This document shows, piece by piece, positions 36,721 to 41,944 of a DNA stretch of 41,944 bases (its first letter is position 1; every line of letters begins with the position of its first letter). Source of the DNA: Ruminococcus sp. (GTDB taxonomy: Bacteria > Bacillota > Clostridia > Oscillospirales > Ruminococcaceae); assembly GCA_048252855.1 (NCBI GenBank), contig DBEZOM010000120.1, positions 1 to 41,944 of the forward strand. The letters run 5' to 3'. Below the pieces are notes generated by a model that did no database searches, had not been told where the DNA came from, and was given only the letters and a program-made list of their open reading frames with translations. The translations under genes and the position numbers were made by a program.

Positions 36721-39285
36721 TCACTTCATCTTCGCGATAAATTCCCGTATCTCGCGCTCGGTGCGCTCTACGTCCTCGTGCAGCTCCTGCGCCGACATTC
36801 TGAATGCGCCGCCGCCCATGATTATCACCTGCTCCATGCCGTCAGAGGTCGCAACGCGTACTTTGTGCTCGCGGCTTAGTTTGTGCGCCGTTTTCTCGAT
36901 GTATGTGTCCGCCGTTTCCGCTTCTTTGGTGTAAACAATGCTGATGTTGTGGTAATTTTCCACCACGCGCTCCGCTTCGTGCACCTTGTAAGCGTCGAAA
37001 ACCAGTATCAGTTCGCACTGCTTGTATCCCTGATAATTGCAAAGTCTGTTGACCAGCATACTGCGCGCGAGGTCTAGGCTCTGCGCCGCCGCCTTTTTCA
37101 GCTCCTCCCACGCGAATATCATGTTGTAGCCGTCTACCAGCAGGTACTCCTTACCTTTATAAATACGCTGCGGCTTCGCGGACACGCGCTCCTGCTTTTT
37201 CGGCGTGCGCATGGCGTAGCGCTTTTCGCGGTCTATCTTGCCGTATGTGCGCTCAAATATCTCCATCAGCTCTTTGTCGCTCGCGGCACGGCGGACGAAA
37301 TCTTCGGCGCGGCTCTGCGGCTGAGGTTCGGCGGCTCTCACACGCCTGCCCTCGGGCGATATGTGGACGTGCTCTTCCACCTCGTCCCACTTCACACTGT
37401 AACCTGCCCCGTGCGAGCAGAATACGGAATCCGCAGTGTTTTCAAGGTCGCTGTCCGCTTCGTAACCGCAGGCGGCGATGACCTCTGCGGCGTTGTGACA
37501 TTCGCGGTAGCCGTCGGGCATACATATCAGCCTGCCCAGCCCTTTAGTGTAGCCGACCACCTGCTGCTGGTAGCCGCGCATTTCCGAAACGGGCGCGCTG
37601 CCTTTGAGCACAGCCGTTTCGCCGAGCGTTTCGGGCGGGGCAAATTCGCCGCCCATGTTCTGTATATCCGTTATCGCACGGCCGATGTTCTGCTGCGGAA
37701 CTTCCAGCGTGAAGCTGTAATACGGCTCGAGAAGCACTCCCTCGTCGCTCCGCAGACCCTGCCGCACTGCGCGGTAGGTGGCTTGGCGAAAATCGCCGCC
37801 CTCGGTGTGCTTTAGGTGCGCCCTGCCCGAAACCAGCGTTATTTTCATATCCGTGATGGGCGAGCCTGTCAGCGCGCCGATGTATTTTTTCTCGCGCAGG
37901 TGGGTGAGTATCAGCCGCTGCCAGTTTCTGTCGAGATCGTCCTCGCCGCACTCGCTCGCAAACCGCAGACCCGCGCCGCGCTCGAGGGGTTCGAGCCGCA
38001 GGTGAACTTCGGCGTAATGGCGCAGCGGTTCGTAATGTCCGTAGCCGTATACCGCCTGCGCAAGCGTTTCTTTGTAAGCGATGCTGCCTTCGCCGAAATC
38101 TACATCTACGTCAAAGCGGCGCTTTAGGATATTTTTCAGTATCTCGAGCTGCACTTCGCCCATTATGCTGACGTGTATCTCGCCGAGCTGTTCGTTCCAG
38201 TCAACGTGCAGTTGGGGGTCTTCATTTTCCAGCAGGCGGAAGTAGGAGAGCAGGGTGTGCGCGTCGATATTTTCCTGCGGCTCGGCGCGGTAAGCCAGCA
38301 CCGGTTCGAGCAGCGGCGCGGCGGAGTCGGGTTCGCAGCCCAAGCCCTGCCCCGCGAAAGTGTGGGTAAGCCCCTCCACCGCGCAGACAGCGCCCGCTTC
38401 GGCGGCGTCGGCAGAGCGGAATTTCGCGCCAGAGTAAATGCGTATCCTGCTGACCTTTTCTGAGAAGCTTTCGCCATCGGCGGCGTAGTTCAGCAGGCTG
38501 CGTATCTTGAGCGTGCCGCTCGTGATCTTCATGAAAGTCAGCCTAGCGCCGCCGTCCTCCGAGATCTTGTAGACCTTTGCGCCGAAGTCTGCGGCAGCCA
38601 GCGTATCGTCTGCGCATGGGGCGAGGTCGGCGAGAGCGTTCATCAGCTTTTCCACGCCCTGCGAGCGCAGTGCCGAGCCGAAGAAGCATGGGAAGATATT
38701 TCTCTGAGCGACTGCGGCGGCGAGCGTTTCGGTCTTAACATCTCCGCTTTCGAGAAATTCGTTCATAGCGTTTTCGTCGTAAACGGCGCAATCCTCGGCG
38801 ACCTCATCGGCGGGTCGGCAAAGATCCACAAAGCCCGAGCCGAGGCGGTTTTCTAAGCTCTGCATAACGAAGCTTTTATCCGCGCCGTCGAGATCCATTT
38901 TATTGACGAAAACGAAGGTCGGCACGCTGTATCTGCGCAGCAGCCGCCAAAGCGTCTGGGTATGGCTCTGCACGCCGTCAGTGCCGCTTATTACGAGCAC
39001 GGCGAGGTCGAGCACCTGCAAAGCGCGCTCGGTCTCCGCCGAAAAATCGACGTGGCCGGGGGTATCGAGCAGGGTGAAGCAGGTATCGTTATATCTAAAT
39101 TCGGCGGGCTTTGAGAACACGGTTATGCCGCGCTTTTTCTCGATCACATCGGTATCGAGGAAAGCGTCGCCGTGGTCTACGCGCCCCAGCCTGCGTATCT
39201 CGCCCGCGTGGAAGAGCATAGCCTCAGAGAGGGTAGTCTTGCCCGAATCGACGTGGGCGATTATGCCAATTACTGATCTTTTCAT
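36721..39285 (-). CDS. TetM/EF-G-like translational GTPase fused to a C-terminal YacP/Rae1-type NYN domain
   Basis: AHVDSGKTT, RGITV, DTPGH, NKMD, MGEVQLE, LLEPY; C-terminal LLVDGYN, VFDA, ETADTYIE, VATSD. Promoter TTGCCA-17-TATACT at 39365-39337. Confidence 0.9.
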   Translation of the reverse strand: MKRSVIGIIAHVDSGKTTLSEAMLFHAGEIRRLGRVDHGDAFLDTDVIEKKRGITVFSKPAEFRYNDTCFTLLDTPGHVDFSAETERALQVLDLAVLVISGTDGVQSHTQTLWRLLRRYSVPTFVFVNKMDLDGADKSFVMQSLENRLGSGFVDLCRPADEVAEDCAVYDENAMNEFLESGDVKTETLAAAVAQRNIFPCFFGSALRSQGVEKLMNALADLAPCADDTLAAADFGAKVYKISEDGGARLTFMKITSGTLKIRSLLNYAADGESFSEKVSRIRIYSGAKFRSADAAEAGAVCAVEGLTHTFAGQGLGCEPDSAAPLLEPVLAYRAEPQENIDAHTLLSYFRLLENEDPQLHVDWNEQLGEIHVSIMGEVQLEILKNILKRRFDVDVDFGEGSIAYKETLAQAVYGYGHYEPLRHYAEVHLRLEPLERGAGLRFASECGEDDLDRNWQRLILTHLREKKYIGALTGSPITDMKITLVSGRAHLKHTEGGDFRQATYRAVRQGLRSDEGVLLEPYYSFTLEVPQQNIGRAITDIQNMGGEFAPPETLGETAVLKGSAPVSEMRGYQQQVVGYTKGLGRLICMPDGYRECHNAAEVIAACGYEADSDLENTADSVFCSHGAGYSVKWDEVEEHVHISPEGRRVRAAEPQPQSRAEDFVRRAASDKELMEIFERTYGKIDREKRYAMRTPKKQERVSAKPQRIYKGKEYLLVDGYNMIFAWEELKKAAAQSLDLARSMLVNRLCNYQGYKQCELILVFDAYKVHEAERVVENYHNISIVYTKEAETADTYIEKTAHKLSREHKVRVATSDGMEQVIIMGGGAFRMSAQELHEDVERTEREIREFIAKMK

Positions 39286-39377
39286 TTTATCTGTCCTATC
39301 GAGAATTTGGTGGGTAATATTTAATAGCTATTTTATAGTATAGCATAGAAATTTGGGGTTGGCAAGGGGGAGGGCTG

Positions 39378-39403
39378 TTTCAATACCTGTTAAAGAATTT
39401 TGA
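39378..39403 (-). repeat. 26-bp repeat, copy 2 (inverted relative to 1444-1469)
   Basis: tttcaatacctgttaaagaattttga. Confidence 0.9.
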
Positions 39404-39413
39404 AGTAAATATG

Positions 39414-39503
39414 TATCTCCCTATAAATGTATAAATATCTCCCGCAATTTGGGCGTATATCTGCCCCGCACCCGTTGACATTTTCCGCGGCGTATGTTAT
39501 AAT
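39414..39503 (+). promoter_or_regulatory. SigA promoter of the TagF-like gene preceded by three direct repeats with 22-bp period
   Basis: TATCTCCC (39414), TATCTCCC (39436), TATCTGCC (39458); TTGACA(39475)-17-TATAAT. Confidence 0.65.
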
Positions 39504-39572
39504 GATAAGGTATATTTATAGGCATGATGCGGGTCTATCCATACGCTATGCCTTATTTTAACAGAGGTTTCA

Positions 39573-40760
39573 ATGTCAGGAATTAAAAACGCTTTTAAGC
39601 GGCTTTGCAAATTCGCCGCATTTAAAATAGTATACCCCGCGGTCTACCACGCCTGCTGTTTGCGTAAGCGAGAGGAGGGGCTGGTGCTTTTCTGCGAGGT
39701 GCGACACGGCTTTCTTACCGATAGCTACCGCGCTATATATGACGGGCTGAATGAACGCGGCGTGCCGACCGAGGTGTTTTATATCCATAATAACAGCGGC
39801 GGGCTTTCTTACCTCGCGCGCTACCTGCGCCTTTGCACTCTGCTGCCCAAGGCGGAAACTGTTTTGGTGGACGATACCTGCAACCTCTTCGGCGCATTTC
39901 GCCTGCGGCGCGGCACTAAGCTGATACAGACTTGGCATAGCTGCGGCGCTTTCAAAAAATGGGGCTACTCGATAGCGGGGCTTTCTTTCGGTCAAGACCC
40001 CGACGAGCTGGATAAATACCCCGCGCATACGAATTATACCCTCGTTACCGTAAGCAGTGAGGAATGTATACCCCACTTTGAAGAAGCTTTCGGCTTCACG
40101 CCGCCCTCTTGCGTAAAGGCTATCGGCGTTGCGCGGACGGATTGGTTTTTCGACGAAAATAACCGCCGAAACGCTTACGAGCGGCTTTATGAAGTCTGCC
40201 CTGCTGCGCGCGGCAAAAAGATAGTGCTCTACGCGCCGACATACCGCGGCGACGCCGATAACGCTCAGCCGCCGAAGATGTTCGACATAGAAAAAATGGC
40301 GCGGCGCTGGGGCGAGTGTGTGCTGCTGATAAAACAGCATGGTTTTGTAAATACTAAGACCGCGATACCCGAAAGCTGCCGCGGCTTCGCTTTCGACGTT
40401 TCGCAGGATATGAAGATAGAGGAGCTGCTTTGCGTTTCAGACGTATGCATTACCGATTACTCCTCGCTGATATTTGAATATTCGCTCTTTGAAAGACCTA
40501 TGGTGTTTTACGCCTACGACCTTGACGAATTTTACGATTACCGCGGATTTTACTACAAATACGACCGCGATTTCCTGCCGGGCGATATTGTAAAGACCGA
40601 AGCTGAGCTTGCCGAGAGCGTGGCTGAGGCGCTGGAGCAGGGCTGCGATACCGCCGAGGTGCGCCGCTTCCGCGAACGCTTTATGGGAGCTTGCGACGGC
40701 AGGAGCGCCGAGCGGATAATCGGCTATATAACAGATAATAATGATAACTATATAAAGTAA
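39573..40760 (+). CDS. CDP-glycerol glycerophosphotransferase (TagF/TarF) family protein
   Basis: QTWHS.GAFKK.G, G..RTD, LYAPTYR, ITDYSSLIFEY, DG.S.ERI. Confidence 0.9.
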   Translation: MSGIKNAFKRLCKFAAFKIVYPAVYHACCLRKREEGLVLFCEVRHGFLTDSYRAIYDGLNERGVPTEVFYIHNNSGGLSYLARYLRLCTLLPKAETVLVDDTCNLFGAFRLRRGTKLIQTWHSCGAFKKWGYSIAGLSFGQDPDELDKYPAHTNYTLVTVSSEECIPHFEEAFGFTPPSCVKAIGVARTDWFFDENNRRNAYERLYEVCPAARGKKIVLYAPTYRGDADNAQPPKMFDIEKMARRWGECVLLIKQHGFVNTKTAIPESCRGFAFDVSQDMKIEELLCVSDVCITDYSSLIFEYSLFERPMVFYAYDLDEFYDYRGFYYKYDRDFLPGDIVKTEAELAESVAEALEQGCDTAEVRRFRERFMGACDGRSAERIIGYITDNNDNYIK

Positions 40761-40791
40761 AAAATATGATTTTCGGAGGAATTTTTAAGCT

Positions 40792-41944
40792 ATGAAATTT
40801 GGTGTGATAATGCACAAGACTACGCAGAATATCGGCGACGATATTCAGACATTCGCGGCTAAGTGCCACCTGCCGAGCGTAGATTATTTTATCGACAGAG
40901 AGTGTCTCGATATTTTTGAAACGCCTGACAAAAAGCCCGCCGCAGTAGTCATGAGCGCGTGGTATATGTGGAAAAAGTGGAACTGGCCGCCCTCTGACTA
41001 CGTTGTGCCGCTGCTTACCGGCATACATTTTTCCGACCATCAGGCTTCGGAGCAGACGGGAAGCCCTGTGCAGACCGAATTTCTGACAGGCTGCGGAGCG
41101 GAGTATATGAATAAAAACGGCCCCGTAGGCTGCCGCGATATGTACACCTACAATAAATTCAAGTCGATAGGGCTCGACGCTTTCTTCTCGGGCTGCATAA
41201 CCCTTACGCTGCCTAAGATGGAGATAAAGAAGCCCGAGCGCGAGTACATCTGCGCCGCCGACCTGCCTAAGGACATCCTCGCCGCGCTGAAAGAGCGCAT
41301 GAAGGGCACGGGCATCGACATAGTGGAAACTACTCATTATAAAGACTACCGCAACAGCAACGCTACTTGGGAAGAGCGCGAGGCGGCTGTAAAAGAGCTG
41401 CTGACCATCTACCAGAACGCTAAATGCGTAGTTACCCGCCGCCTGCACTGCGCACTGCCGTGCCTTGCTATGGAAGTGCCTGTATTCGTTACCAACCGCC
41501 ACAAGCGCCCCGTATCGGGCAGATTTGACCCCTATTACGACTGGATAGCGAATTGCAGCTACAAAGAATTTCTCGCGGGAAAATTCGATTACGATTTCGC
41601 GAACCCGCCCGCTAATAATCCCGCATACCTCGAGGTGCGCAACGCTATGATAAAGTCGATAGACGATTTCGTGGCGAAGTACAAGGACGAGGAGGGCAGC
41701 CCCGAGCAGTACAAAAAGACCTCGTACACCACCGAAGAGCTGTATAAGTGGCGCTGCGACACCATGCGCGACTGCATGAACCGCTGGTTCGACATAACGG
41801 TTGCTGAGGAGAAAGAGCTGAAAGAGCTGCGCGCTTTCAAAAAGACTCACGAGAACGAGCACGAAAAGCTGATGCAGTACAAGGCGGAAAGCGAAAGAAG
41901 CAAAAAGATACTGGGCTGCCGCAGCGTAAAGCTGGCTATAAAGG
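40792..41944 (+). CDS. Polysaccharide pyruvyltransferase family protein, 3' end outside window (not in ORF track)
   Basis: RBS ggagg; MKFGVIMHKTTQNIGDDIQ...GCRD..T...FSGCITLTL...VVTRRLHCALPCLA; frame open to the window end. Confidence 0.8.
   Translation, partial: MKFGVIMHKTTQNIGDDIQTFAAKCHLPSVDYFIDRECLDIFETPDKKPAAVVMSAWYMWKKWNWPPSDYVVPLLTGIHFSDHQASEQTGSPVQTEFLTGCGAEYMNKNGPVGCRDMYTYNKFKSIGLDAFFSGCITLTLPKMEIKKPEREYICAADLPKDILAALKERMKGTGIDIVETTHYKDYRNSNATWEEREAAVKELLTIYQNAKCVVTRRLHCALPCLAMEVPVFVTNRHKRPVSGRFDPYYDWIANCSYKEFLAGKFDYDFANPPANNPAYLEVRNAMIKSIDDFVAKYKDEEGSPEQYKKTSYTTEELYKWRCDTMRDCMNRWFDITVAEEKELKELRAFKKTHENEHEKLMQYKAESERSKKILGCRSVKLAIK

Noticed and set aside
36721..39285. Calling the GTPase a tetracycline resistance gene (tetM/W/O)
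   Set aside because: It is considerably longer than typical ribosomal protection proteins, has a C-terminal NYN domain, has host-like composition and has no mobile context.

Overview
A GC-rich chromosomal segment, probably from a spore-forming gut Firmicute of the Oscillospiraceae/Ruminococcus type (inferred from gene content). It is mostly housekeeping: guaA (5'-truncated), apgM, an intact pro-sigK, purB, galT, a CwlO-like NlpC/P60 hydrolase, csoR-copA with operators, T-box-alaS, HIT, holA, rnmV, fucO, a bile salt hydrolase and rubrerythrin. It also carries an AraC-gmd-fcl-manC-fkp GDP-fucose locus, a TetM/EF-G-like GTPase fused to a YacP/Rae1-type NYN domain, and the start of a cell-wall polymer locus (TagF-like gene plus a 3'-truncated pyruvyltransferase-family gene). 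No integrase, transposase, tRNA, rRNA or CRISPR array was seen. The most notable observations are: (1) an intact AlgI-like MBOAT plus DHHW/AlgX-like gene pair in which both proteins have lost canonical catalytic residues (WHG->WYG, DHHW->DPYW, DS->SD); (2) the GTPase-NYN fusion; (3) an exact 26-bp inverted repeat whose copies lie about 38 kb apart; (4) an AT-rich XRE gene under a perfect 38-bp palindrome; (5) REP-like hairpins with identical arms; (6) a 46-aa ORF missing from the ORF track. All family assignments come from motif recognition by eye; no searches were run.
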